A stretch of 34,735 bases of DNA from an uncultured Candidatus Saccharibacteria bacterium (GTDB lineage Bacteria > Patescibacteriota > CALEFQ01). Shown here in pieces: positions 25,981-34,735 of the stretch. The stretch is from contig CAYMJO010000004.1 in assembly GCA_964391305.1 (NCBI GenBank), positions 1 to 34,735 of the forward strand. The letters are read 5' to 3'. The translations under genes were made by a program, and so were the position numbers. The notes under the pieces are model-generated. The model searched no databases, was not told the DNA's origin, and was given only the letters and a program-made list of their open reading frames with translations. Position 1 is the stretch's first letter. Each line of letters begins with the position of its first letter.

Positions 25981-27954
25981 ATGCAGAAACAGCGAATCCC
26001 TTTTAAAAAAGTCAGAAAGAGAAGCGGCCGCATCACGGATTTTGATATAGAGAGAATTATACAAGCCATTTTTAAATCGGCCAAAGCGGTCGGAGGCAGG
26101 GACAAAGAAACGGCCAGAAAAATTGCCCTCAAGTCGATAAAATTGCTCGAGGAGCGGCTGACAGACAGGAACTGTATTCCGACGGTTGAGCAAATTCAAG
26201 ATGCAGTGGAAAAGACTCTTATAGAAGATGGACATGCGAGGACTGCAAAGGCATATATTTTGTATCGCGACCAACATCGAAAGATCCGCGACACGAGGTC
26301 TCTCTTGATCGATGCGACCAAAACAATGGACGAATATCTTAAGAGGGAAGATTGGCGTGTGAACGAGAACAGTAATGTAGATTATTCTTATTCTGGTCTT
26401 TCACTGCATCTTTCGGGATCCATAATTGCCAACTATGTTTTGGAGAACATATATCCCCGAGAGATTGCAGAAGCGCATAAAAATGGGGATTTTCATGTAC
26501 ATGATCTTTATATGGGCATCAATGGATATTGCGCCGGCTGGAGTTTGCGGGATCTTCTTATAGAGGGCTTCAATGGCGTGCCTGCCAAAGTGGAGTCTGC
26601 GCCTGCAAAACATTATAATACGGTGATTGGCCATATCGTGAATTTTTTGGGAACTTTGCAAAACGAGTGGGCGGGAGCGCAAGCATTCAGCTCGCTTGAT
26701 ACATACCTTGCTCCATTTGTTAGGAGCGATGGCTTAAGCTATAGGGAAGTAAAACAGGAAATACAACAGTTGGTTTTTAGCTTGAATACTCCATCTCGAT
26801 GGGGATGTCAGACTCCATTTACAAATTTTACTTTCGATTGGACGGTACCAAAGGATATGCAGGATGAAAACGTTATTATTGGCGGAGAACTGCAAAGTGA
26901 AAAATATTCGGATTTTCAAGAGGAAATGGATGTGATTAACAAGGCGTTCATAGAGGTGATGCTTGCCGGAGACATGAAGGGCAGAATTTTTACTTTTCCA
27001 ATTCCAACTTACAATATTACAGAGGACTTTGATTGGAGTACGGAGAATGCCAGGCTTTTGTTTGAATTGACTTCAAAATATGGCATTCCGTATTTCCAGA
27101 ATTTTATAAATAGTTCTCTTGAGCCTCATGATGTGAGATCGATGTGCTGTCGCCTTCAAATGAATTTGAAGGAACTTAAAACGAAGACCGGCGGACTTTT
27201 CGGCTCTGGGGAAAAAACAGGCTCCCTTGGCGTTGTCACGATAAATATGCCGCGCATAGGTTATCTCGCCAAGAGCGAACGTGAATTTTTCGAAAGGCTT
27301 GAAAAACTCATGAATCTCGCCAAAGATTCGCTGGAGATTCGAAGAGAGCTTGTTGAGAGAAATATGAACAATGGGCTTCTGCCTTTCTCGAAGCGTTATT
27401 TAGGAAATCTGAGCCATCACTTTGCCACGATTGGGCTCAATGGTATGAATGAGGCTTGTGTTAATTTTTTAGGAAAGAGCATTGCCACAAGTGAGGGACA
27501 TGAGCTTGCCCTCAATACGTTGAATTTTATGAGAGAAAAGTTGAAGAGATTTCAGGAGACGACCGGCAATTTATACAACCTTGAGGCCACTCCAGCGGAG
27601 GGAACTTCTTACAGGCTTGCTAAGATTGATAAAAAAATATATCCGGATATTTTCACGCGTGGCAGGAAAAATCCCTACTATACAAATTCGACGAATCTTC
27701 CCGTCGATTATACAGATGATATTTTTGAAGCCTTGGAGATGCAGGACGATCTGCAGGTAAAGTATACGGGCGGTACTGTGTTTCATGGTTTTCTTGGGGA
27801 GCGCATAAAGGATCCTGTGACTTGCAGCAAACTTGTGAAGACAATCGCCTATAATTTCAAGCTTCCTTACTTCACGATTACTCCGACGTTCAGCGTGTGC
27901 CCCGAGCATGGATATATTGCTGGAGAACATTATGAATGCAATAAAGTAGCCTAA
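25981..27954 (+). CDS. nrdD: class III (anaerobic) ribonucleoside-triphosphate reductase, large part lacking the glycyl-radical loop
   Basis: N-terminal ATP cone, YCAGWS, QNEWAGAQA, RSMCCRL, NLEATPAEGTSYRLA, YTGGTVFH, FSVCPEHG; stops before any RxxGY/F motif. Confidence 0.94.
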   Translation: MQKQRIPFKKVRKRSGRITDFDIERIIQAIFKSAKAVGGRDKETARKIALKSIKLLEERLTDRNCIPTVEQIQDAVEKTLIEDGHARTAKAYILYRDQHRKIRDTRSLLIDATKTMDEYLKREDWRVNENSNVDYSYSGLSLHLSGSIIANYVLENIYPREIAEAHKNGDFHVHDLYMGINGYCAGWSLRDLLIEGFNGVPAKVESAPAKHYNTVIGHIVNFLGTLQNEWAGAQAFSSLDTYLAPFVRSDGLSYREVKQEIQQLVFSLNTPSRWGCQTPFTNFTFDWTVPKDMQDENVIIGGELQSEKYSDFQEEMDVINKAFIEVMLAGDMKGRIFTFPIPTYNITEDFDWSTENARLLFELTSKYGIPYFQNFINSSLEPHDVRSMCCRLQMNLKELKTKTGGLFGSGEKTGSLGVVTINMPRIGYLAKSEREFFERLEKLMNLAKDSLEIRRELVERNMNNGLLPFSKRYLGNLSHHFATIGLNGMNEACVNFLGKSIATSEGHELALNTLNFMREKLKRFQETTGNLYNLEATPAEGTSYRLAKIDKKIYPDIFTRGRKNPYYTNSTNLPVDYTDDIFEALEMQDDLQVKYTGGTVFHGFLGERIKDPVTCSKLVKTIAYNFKLPYFTITPTFSVCPEHGYIAGEHYECNKVA

Positions 27955-27980
27955 TTGATTTTTAAAAAAATAAAAAAACT

Positions 27981-28142
27981 ATGTCAAAGTGCAAAAAGAA
28001 AACGTTGGTCTATAGCAGGGTCGTAGGCTTTCACAATCCAGTGCAGAATTGGAATTTGGGTAAAGGTGTTGGAGGAGAATGGACGGACAGAAAGCCATAT
28101 GCGGTTGGTGATAATAATTCACACATCTGCGGGAATGAATAA
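27981..28142 (+). CDS. stand-alone NrdD C-terminal glycyl-radical peptide, 53 aa (not in ORF track)
   Basis: Manual translation MSKCKKKTLVYSRVVGFHNPVQNWNLGKGVGGEWTDRKPYAVGDNNSHICGNE*; YSRVVGF..PV.NWN.GK..E..DR is the NrdD C-terminal signature. Confidence 0.88.
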   Translation: MSKCKKKTLVYSRVVGFHNPVQNWNLGKGVGGEWTDRKPYAVGDNNSHICGNE

Positions 28143-28297
28143 AAATTTGCGATTGGAATTTGGGCGTTGAGTGTCGATGTGAAAATTTCATTGGGAATTG
28201 GGTTTGTTTTTTGATGATATGACGCAAACGAGGGCTTTTTTTAGAAGCCCTCTTAGTATAGTCCTTGGTTAGTGAGCCCAGTGATGAAATTTATTTT

Positions 28298-28987
28298 ATG
28301 ATTATCAGTGGAATACAAAAAACAACATTTATTGACTATCCCGGCAAAGTTGCGTCCACTCTTTTTCTTGCCGGTTGTAATTTTCGTTGTCCGTTTTGCC
28401 ATAACAGAAATCTGGTTTTGAATGCCAAGTGGCTTGAAAAGATTTCCGAAGATAAGGTTTTATCTTTTTTACGAAAAAGAAAAAAATATCTTGAAGGTGT
28501 TTGCATAACTGGAGGCGAACCATTGATCTATGATGACCTTGCCGGTTTTATTAAAGAAATAAAAGGGATTGGTTATCAAGTCAAGCTTGATACGAACGGT
28601 ACAAATCCTAGAATTTTGGGAAATTTGTATAAGAAAAATCTTTTGGATTATGTTGCGATGGATATTAAATCATCTCCTGAAAAGTATAACGCAGTAACGG
28701 GTGTAAAAGTTGATCTTGATAAAATTAAGAAAAGTATAGCTATCGTTGTTCAGGGCGGCGTTGATTATGAATTCAGATCGACCGTTTTGCCGAGATTCCA
28801 TAGTTTGCTGGAAGTGGAAAATATGGCGAACATGATCAAAGGAGCAAAACTTTATTATCTGCAGAATTTTGTGGCGCGGAATACTCTGGATAGATCGTTC
28901 ATGGATGAAAAAGGCTTCACCGATGATGAGATGAAGGAGCTCGCAAGGGCTGCGGGTAAGCACGTTGAGAAATGTCTTGTTAGGTAG
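28298..28987 (+). CDS. nrdG: anaerobic RNR activating enzyme (radical SAM)
   Basis: IDYPGK, GCNFRCPFCHN, VCITGGEP, KLDTNGT, YVAMDIK; follows nrdD; start taken at ATG 28298. Confidence 0.93.
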   Translation: MIISGIQKTTFIDYPGKVASTLFLAGCNFRCPFCHNRNLVLNAKWLEKISEDKVLSFLRKRKKYLEGVCITGGEPLIYDDLAGFIKEIKGIGYQVKLDTNGTNPRILGNLYKKNLLDYVAMDIKSSPEKYNAVTGVKVDLDKIKKSIAIVVQGGVDYEFRSTVLPRFHSLLEVENMANMIKGAKLYYLQNFVARNTLDRSFMDEKGFTDDEMKELARAAGKHVEKCLVR

Positions 28988-29242
28988 AAGCTTGTTAGGT
29001 TACTTAAAATATTACCATGCTGATCTGCCTTTCCCATGGATTTAATTAATTTGATGAACTTCGTGGACTTGACTGTTAATTTTTTTTTTTAAAACAGCGT
29101 TGTGTTTATGATGTTATATGAGAAAATGACAGCCTTTGTATACTTTCTTTAAAAAATTTGTTATAATGAAAGAAGAAGATAAAAAGTAACCTAACACCCC
29201 TTTATCTTTTTAGGTGAAGGGATGTAAATAAAAAACAATCTT

Positions 29243-29386
29243 ATGCCAGTAGGCAACAAACAGACAAAGATTGTACACAACGAAGGATGCGTGAGCATCA
29301 AGAAGATTAAGAGAAGCTATCGAGTTAAGCTCCCTCGAAAGGGAAAAGGACGAAGAGGGTTTAGGCAGTGCAAGAAATGTCGATAG
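29243..29386 (+). CDS. 47-aa basic microprotein resembling an Ada-type metal-binding domain (not in ORF track)
   Basis: MPVGNKQTKIVHNEGCVSIKKIKRSYRVKLPRKGKGRRGFRQCKKCR*; upstream TGtTATAAT and downstream hairpin. Confidence 0.6.
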   Translation: MPVGNKQTKIVHNEGCVSIKKIKRSYRVKLPRKGKGRRGFRQCKKCR

Positions 29387-29472
29387 TTTTGGATATTCGT
29401 TAGTGTCAATCTATAGAAGGCCCTCCATTTTTTTGGGGGTCTTCTTGCTATAAAATGTCCAATGACCAATAA

Positions 29473-29742
29473 ATGTCAAGATTCTTGCTTGTCTTGGGCA
29501 GACCGATATTAAAGTTGCGTGTAAAAGTCATTCCAAATGCAAGGAATATTCGAGTTAAGGAAATTGCAGACGGTTCACTGAAAGTTTGGCTTGTTGAAAG
29601 GGCGGAAAAGGGCAAGGCCAATAAGGCGTTGATTAAAATCCTTGCCGATTATTTTGGACTAGAAAAGGGAAAAATTAAGATTGTGAAAGGTGAGAAGAGT
29701 AGAGAGAAAGTTATCGAGGTTTGTTTTTTAAATTTTTTATGA
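29473..29742 (+). CDS. DUF167/YggU family protein (start uncertain)
   Basis: VKVIPNA, LKVWL, GKANKALIKILADYF, IVKGEKSREK. Confidence 0.85.
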   Translation: MSRFLLVLGRPILKLRVKVIPNARNIRVKEIADGSLKVWLVERAEKGKANKALIKILADYFGLEKGKIKIVKGEKSREKVIEVCFLNFL

Positions 29743-29885
29743 AAAATAAAACTGTTTTTCCGTATGCGTGCATAAATTCTTAATTATTAGTGTTTAAGTT
29801 CTTAACATCTTAACATCTTTCCCGCCGTTAGCGGGGCTTCACATAATTCCCTCCAGATCACCCGGAGTTTTTTTATTTTTAAAAA

Positions 29886-31424
29886 ATGTCTAAATCAAAG
29901 ATTTTCTTTTTTCTATGCCTTTCTTTTATCGCGGGCATCGGCTTTGCGTCTTTTTATGTTTCAAAAACTTTTATTCTTTTATTTTTGCTGGTTTTGGGGA
30001 CGATTTTAGTCTGCGTTTTTTGGGAGCGGAAAAAGATTGTAGTGTTTGGATTTTGTATTGTCGTGTTTGTTTTGGGGATATTTCGATTTGGCTTGGTCGG
30101 AAGTTCTTTGGATGATTTGCACGTTTCCAAATTGAACGATAGCGGTTTAGTGACGATCATCGGCAGGGTCGTGAGCTATCCGGATGTTAGGGTTGACAAA
30201 GTCAATATGGAAATTGAGGTCGAAGAAGTTAATGGCGATAAGAATATACATGGCAAGATTTTGGTCTACACGCCGCTTTATCCAAGATTTGATTATGCTG
30301 ACAGGCTTGAAATTTCCGGCAAACTTTTCACGCCGCCGGAGTTCGAAGATTTCTCATACAGAGATTATCTGTCTAGGTTTGGGATTCATTCTGTTATGTT
30401 TCGTGCAGAGATTGAGTTGATTGAAAGGGGCAATGCCAATGTTTTCTTGAAAAATATTTTTAAAATAAAGTCGAAATTGAAAGATTCGCTTCGTGTTATC
30501 CTTCATGAACCACAATCGGGATTTGCGCAGAGATTGATATTAGGAGAGTATCATGCGATGTCGAGCGAGCTCTTGGAAATGTTTAAGCGTTCGGGTGTCA
30601 TGCATATCATTGCGATCTCGGGTTATCACATTACAATTGTTGCGGCGATGCTCACCGCAATTTCGAAAAGCCTTGGCAAGCGTGGCTCATTCATTTTTGC
30701 GATTTGTGGAATTGTTTTGTACACAATCTTGACTGGCGCGACAGCATCGGTTGTTCGCTCATCCATCATGGGCATACTCGTTCTTGTCGCGCTTAATTTG
30801 GGGAGATTGAGCTCTATCCGAAATGCTTTGGTGCTTGCCGCACTTGCGATAGTTGCGGTAAATCCGCAGGTTTTGCGCTTGGATATCGGCTTTCAGCTCT
30901 CTTTTCTCGCCGTAATTGGCATCGTGTACATTTCGCCTTATCTTGTAAAAGTCTTCAGGTTTCTTCCGAATGTTCTTAAGTTCCGCGAATCGATCGTGAT
31001 CACGCTTTCTGCGCAGATTACAACGCTTCCGCTCGTTGTATATGACTTTGGCAAACTTTCTGTTGTTGCGCCTATCGTGAATTTTGTTCTGCTTCCCTCA
31101 ATTCCTCTTTCGATGGGACTTGGATTTCTTGCGAGTGTTGTTGGCATGTTTGATGAGACAGTCGGTCGTTTTGTTGCGCTTCCCGCGTGGCTCACTCTTG
31201 GATATGGAATTTACGTTGTAAAATTTTTTTCAGAAATTCCGCTCGCGTACATCGATACTGAAATCGAGTGGATTCATGTTTTAATATCTTATGTGTGTTT
31301 GGTTTTGTTTTTTGTTTTAAAAAAGTTTTTTAAAAAGAGAAATTTTTGCAAAAGAAAAAGAGTCAGGGATTTTGATAAGGATGGGGTTTTGGTTGATGTT
31401 ATACCTATGGATTTCAAAACTTAA
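29886..31424 (+). CDS. comEC: ComEC/Rec2 membrane part (OB-like and Competence domains)
   Basis: Multiple TM helices, SGVMHIIAISGYH, SVVRS, DIGFQLSFLA. Confidence 0.93.
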   Translation: MSKSKIFFFLCLSFIAGIGFASFYVSKTFILLFLLVLGTILVCVFWERKKIVVFGFCIVVFVLGIFRFGLVGSSLDDLHVSKLNDSGLVTIIGRVVSYPDVRVDKVNMEIEVEEVNGDKNIHGKILVYTPLYPRFDYADRLEISGKLFTPPEFEDFSYRDYLSRFGIHSVMFRAEIELIERGNANVFLKNIFKIKSKLKDSLRVILHEPQSGFAQRLILGEYHAMSSELLEMFKRSGVMHIIAISGYHITIVAAMLTAISKSLGKRGSFIFAICGIVLYTILTGATASVVRSSIMGILVLVALNLGRLSSIRNALVLAALAIVAVNPQVLRLDIGFQLSFLAVIGIVYISPYLVKVFRFLPNVLKFRESIVITLSAQITTLPLVVYDFGKLSVVAPIVNFVLLPSIPLSMGLGFLASVVGMFDETVGRFVALPAWLTLGYGIYVVKFFSEIPLAYIDTEIEWIHVLISYVCLVLFFVLKKFFKKRNFCKRKRVRDFDKDGVLVDVIPMDFKT

Positions 31425-31598
31425 AGATCCCGCTGTGACGGGAAATACCAAATCCCGAAATCTGAATGTCAAAACCACCGCCGCTGCGTGGTCCCGCTCA
31501 CGGTGAAAAATGTCGAGTTCCCAAATTTGTCATTTGTAATTTTCTGCCGCGGGCGGGACCTCTTGCCAAAGGCGAGATGGTTTTGAGCTTTGAAATTT

Positions 31599-32423
31599 AT
31601 GAAAAAGATCTACTATTACATTTTAGTCTTTCTCGCGATCGCCCTTGTTCTCTTATTCATCGCGGTGAGACAGATTGATGATGATGCGGCAAGCGTTACT
31701 TTCTTTGACATCGGTCAAGGCGATTCTGCTTTGATTAGGAAGGGAAGCGTTCAAGTTGTAATTGATGGTGGAGACAATTCTAGAGTTATTGAAGAGCTTG
31801 GTGAGAGAATGCCCCCTTGGGATCACAAAATTGAAATGATTATTCTCTCTCATCCTCATTTTGACCATTTTGTCGGGTTGATCGACATTTTTCAGAGATA
31901 CGATGTCGAAAAATTCGTCACAACGGGTGCGCTTGAGACAACTGAAGATTTTCAGGTTTTTTTGGAGGCGGTTCGGAAGGAAAACTGCGAGGTTGTGATC
32001 GCCGATAGCTCCAAAGATTTTAGACTTTCTGACATAAATTTTGATATACTTTTCCCCATGAGGCCTTTGCAATTTAAAGACGTGTATGCTAAAAATTTAA
32101 ACAACACATCGATCGTTCTCAAGGTTTCATCGTCAAAAGTTTCTGTTCTTTTCACCGGTGATGCCGAGAAAGAGGTCGAGGAGAAGCTCTTGGAGGAAAA
32201 TGTTGATTTGGGCTCGGATATTCTCAAAGCCGGACATCATGGAAGCAAGACGTCTTCCACCGAAGATTTCATCAAGGCCGTTGATCCCGAGAAAGTGATT
32301 TTTTCCGCGGGCGAGGACAACCAATTCAATCATCCGACAGAATTAATAGTTGATCGGTTCCAAGATTTCGGAGTTGAGACCTTGACGACGTTTGAAGTTG
32401 GAGATGTTGAAGTAGAATTGTGA
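31599..32423 (+). CDS. ComEC-type metallo-beta-lactamase-fold protein
   Basis: N-terminal TM, FDIGQGDS, IDGG, SHPHFDH, NNTSIV, FTGDAE, KAGHHGSKTSS, FNHP; start taken at ATG 31599. Confidence 0.9.
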   Translation: MKKIYYYILVFLAIALVLLFIAVRQIDDDAASVTFFDIGQGDSALIRKGSVQVVIDGGDNSRVIEELGERMPPWDHKIEMIILSHPHFDHFVGLIDIFQRYDVEKFVTTGALETTEDFQVFLEAVRKENCEVVIADSSKDFRLSDINFDILFPMRPLQFKDVYAKNLNNTSIVLKVSSSKVSVLFTGDAEKEVEEKLLEENVDLGSDILKAGHHGSKTSSTEDFIKAVDPEKVIFSAGEDNQFNHPTELIVDRFQDFGVETLTTFEVGDVEVEL

Positions 32424-32557
32424 GGGGGAATGTGATATAATTACTTTGATTACGAAATTCGAAGTCAGCCTTGGACTGAAAATAATGTTTGAATTTTAGA
32501 CATCGTTGCGACGTCGCGTGTTTAGGTATTCGGATTTCGAATTTAATATAGAGTCAA

Positions 32558-33703
32558 GTGATTTCCAAACCGACTTCCAAAAAAATACTTCTTCTTCCCA
32601 TCTCCGCTGGTTCTGGCCATATTAAGGCCGCGGAGGCGCTTTTTATTGCTCTCAAAGAGATTGATCCTTTTTTGAAAATAAAAAACGAGGATGCGCTGAA
32701 ATATGTTGGACCTTTAGTCAAGAGTGTTTACAGAGATTGGTATGCTTTCTCCGTCAAAAAAGTTCCGATTGTGTATAAGTATATTTATAAAGAAACGGAA
32801 GATTACAAAAAGTTTCAACAGATCATGGATAAACCTCGACTTCTTTTCGAGGAGTTGAATGCGTTCAAATTGGAGAATTTCATAAAAGATTTTGAGCCGG
32901 ATGCAATAGTGAGTCTTCATCCGCTTCCGTTGAGCTTGGTTTCGTATTGGCTTCATCGCAAGAAGATCGGAAGACCTCTGCATTTCGTTGTGATGACCGA
33001 TTACGGCGGCCACAGGTTCTGGATTCGAAAGGGAGTTGACAGATATTATGTTGCTTCAGATGAGGTCGCGGCTTATCTTGATTCGCGTGATGTTGATAGG
33101 AGAAAAATAAAGTCTTTTGGAATTCCAATCGATTTAAAATTTTCCAAAAGATTGAACAAAGAGAAGATTTTTAAAAAATTGGGATTGCGAGCAGGAATTC
33201 CGACTTTTCTAATGATGACAAGCGGTGTCTCAAAAGATTTTTTGAAAAAAGTTGTCGAGAAAATTTTACACATCGAAACGGATTTTCAAATGGCGATTAC
33301 GACGAAGGAAAAAGAAACACGGGATATTTTGAAAAATTTAACGAAGAAAGCGAAAGAAAAATTTAAGATAATGGGATATATAAACAACGTTGAAGAATGG
33401 CTGACCGTTTCTGATTTGTCTATATCAAAACCTGGCGGACTCGTTGTTTCGGAAAGCATTGCGAAGGGAGTTCCAATGCTTATTTTGAGTCCCGTTCCAG
33501 GACAAGAAGAGTTGAATTCCAACTATCTTCTTGAAAACGGCGCCGCCATGACGGCCGACACGCCGGAAGTCGTAGACTATAAAATAAATACTCTATTGCG
33601 GAATTCGAAGAAACTTGTAATAATGAAGAACCATGCGCGAACACTCGGAAAGCCGAATGCGGCGATGGATATTGCCAAAGATATTATGAATTCACTGGGT
33701 TGA
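32558..33703 (+). CDS. GT28 glycosyltransferase, MGDG synthase/UgtP-like
   Basis: SAGSGH, HPLP, VMTDY..H.FW, GIPI, SKPGG, PGQEELN. Confidence 0.85.
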   Translation: MISKPTSKKILLLPISAGSGHIKAAEALFIALKEIDPFLKIKNEDALKYVGPLVKSVYRDWYAFSVKKVPIVYKYIYKETEDYKKFQQIMDKPRLLFEELNAFKLENFIKDFEPDAIVSLHPLPLSLVSYWLHRKKIGRPLHFVVMTDYGGHRFWIRKGVDRYYVASDEVAAYLDSRDVDRRKIKSFGIPIDLKFSKRLNKEKIFKKLGLRAGIPTFLMMTSGVSKDFLKKVVEKILHIETDFQMAITTKEKETRDILKNLTKKAKEKFKIMGYINNVEEWLTVSDLSISKPGGLVVSESIAKGVPMLILSPVPGQEELNSNYLLENGAAMTADTPEVVDYKINTLLRNSKKLVIMKNHARTLGKPNAAMDIAKDIMNSLG

Positions 33704-33806
33704 TTGGAGAAAGACATTCGTGAAAAGTTTTGGAATAGAATTAATTAACTTTCCTGCCGCTGGCTTGCCATAGTGTGACCTGCGTGCGGGGTATTAAATA
33801 AAAAAA

Positions 33807-34478
33807 ATGAAGTACATCTTTTTCGGTCCCCCTGGAGTTGGGAAAGGAACTTATGCGAGAAGAATAGCGCCCAAGCTTGGAATCGTACATATTTCTACGG
33901 GCGATATTTTCAGAGAAGAGGTTAAGAAAAACAGCGAAATTGGGAAAATGGCAAAGTCTTATATGGATAGGGGCGATCTTGTGCCGGACGAGTCCGTGAT
34001 AAAGATTTTTGAAAGAAGGATCAAAGAGCCGGATGCGAAAAATGGCTATATTCTTGATGGATTTCCAAGGACAGTCCCACAGGCAAAGTATCTCACAGAG
34101 AAAGGCATTGGGATAGACAAAATTGTCAATATTTATTTGCCAGACGAGGCTTTGGTCGAAATTCTTTCTGGAAGAAGGATATGCAGGAAATGTGGGGATT
34201 TGTACAATGTTGTAAATTACCAAAAGGGCGGGATTAACAGGCCCCCGATGCTTCCGAAGAAAGAAGGTATATGCGACAAATGTGGAGGCGAACTTTATCA
34301 GAGGGACGATGACATGGAGAAATCAATAAAAGATAGGCTTGAAGTTTATAAAAAACAATCCAGTCCTGTGCTTGATTATTATAAAAAAAAGGGAGAAGTT
34401 CTGGATATTGTTTCCGAAAATCCCCCAGAAGTTATGGTTCCGAGAATTTACGAGATGCTGAAAGAAAAAAATAAATAG
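33807..34478 (+). CDS. adk: adenylate kinase with Zn-binding LID
   Basis: GPPGVGKGT, HISTGDIFR, GDLVPD, LDGFPRT, CRKC..CDKC, QRDDD. Confidence 0.96.
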   Translation: MKYIFFGPPGVGKGTYARRIAPKLGIVHISTGDIFREEVKKNSEIGKMAKSYMDRGDLVPDESVIKIFERRIKEPDAKNGYILDGFPRTVPQAKYLTEKGIGIDKIVNIYLPDEALVEILSGRRICRKCGDLYNVVNYQKGGINRPPMLPKKEGICDKCGGELYQRDDDMEKSIKDRLEVYKKQSSPVLDYYKKKGEVLDIVSENPPEVMVPRIYEMLKEKNK

Positions 34479-34511
34479 TATTTCTTCTATTTTGAATAGT
34501 CAAAAACTGCC

Positions 34512-34703
34512 TCATTCGGCAGTTTTTGATATAGCTTCAACTGCACACGTTTCTGTACAGCTTCCACAGTCATTACATTTTTGCGGATCTATCTCGTATT
34601 TAATTTCGTCGTTTTCCTCGATCTCTTTGATTGCCCCTTCGGGACAAGCTGGTTCACACGCACCGCAACCGATGCATTTAGATTTATCGATTTTGTGAGA
34701 CAT
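34512..34703 (-). CDS. 2x[4Fe-4S] ferredoxin
   Basis: CIGCGACEPACP and CNDCGSCTETCA; start taken at ATG 34703. Confidence 0.9.
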   Translation of the reverse strand: MSHKIDKSKCIGCGACEPACPEGAIKEIEENDEIKYEIDPQKCNDCGSCTETCAVEAISKTAE

Positions 34704-34735
34704 GGCTTTAAAATTAATTTCAAATGTCAAAGCTC

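Noticed and set aside
27952-27983. Stop-codon readthrough joining nrdD to the small ORF
   Set aside because: The stop is TAA and the next ATG is 26 nt later, out of frame; translational bypassing cannot be excluded but has no positive support
29851-29874. Terminator directly before comEC
   Set aside because: Only a 4-bp stem (CTCC/GGAG) precedes the T tract; too weak to support
29886-32423. Two-gene comEC as a pseudogene or novelty
   Set aside because: Both parts have intact motifs, the second has its own TM anchor, and ComEC lacking a fused MBL domain is well known

Overview
Mostly housekeeping DNA from an AT-rich bacterium using genetic code 11 (TGA ends glmS, ftsA and pth). Gene order and protein style suggest Patescibacteria/CPR, but that is inference. 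Gene order: glmS (partial), NDP-sugar epimerase, tRNA-Leu(CAA), small GIY-YIG gene, parA, parB, rel, topA, dprA, mfd, pth, LCP, lepB, hisS, mtaB, HIT, rpsU, yqeY, membrane protein, ybeY, dgkA, ftsA, ftsZ, nrdR, nrdD, nrdG, DUF167, two-part comEC, GT28 glycosyltransferase, adk, ferredoxin. Five unusual signals stand out. (1) A 77-aa GIY-YIG gene lies between an intact tRNA-Leu and a duplicated tRNA 5' half whose anticodon arm carries a perfect 20-bp palindrome; degenerate relatives of that palindrome occur elsewhere in the window. (2) The class III ribonucleotide reductase is split: its glycyl-radical loop and last Zn ligand are on a separate 53-aa ORF absent from the ORF track. (3) A second unlisted 47-aa Ada-like Zn-finger microprotein has its own apparent promoter and terminator. 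(4) mfd has a 75-codon in-frame N-terminal extension with no ATG/GTG/TTG. (5) A recurring intergenic element is built from 7-nt periodic inverted arrays with nested GC-rich palindromes.
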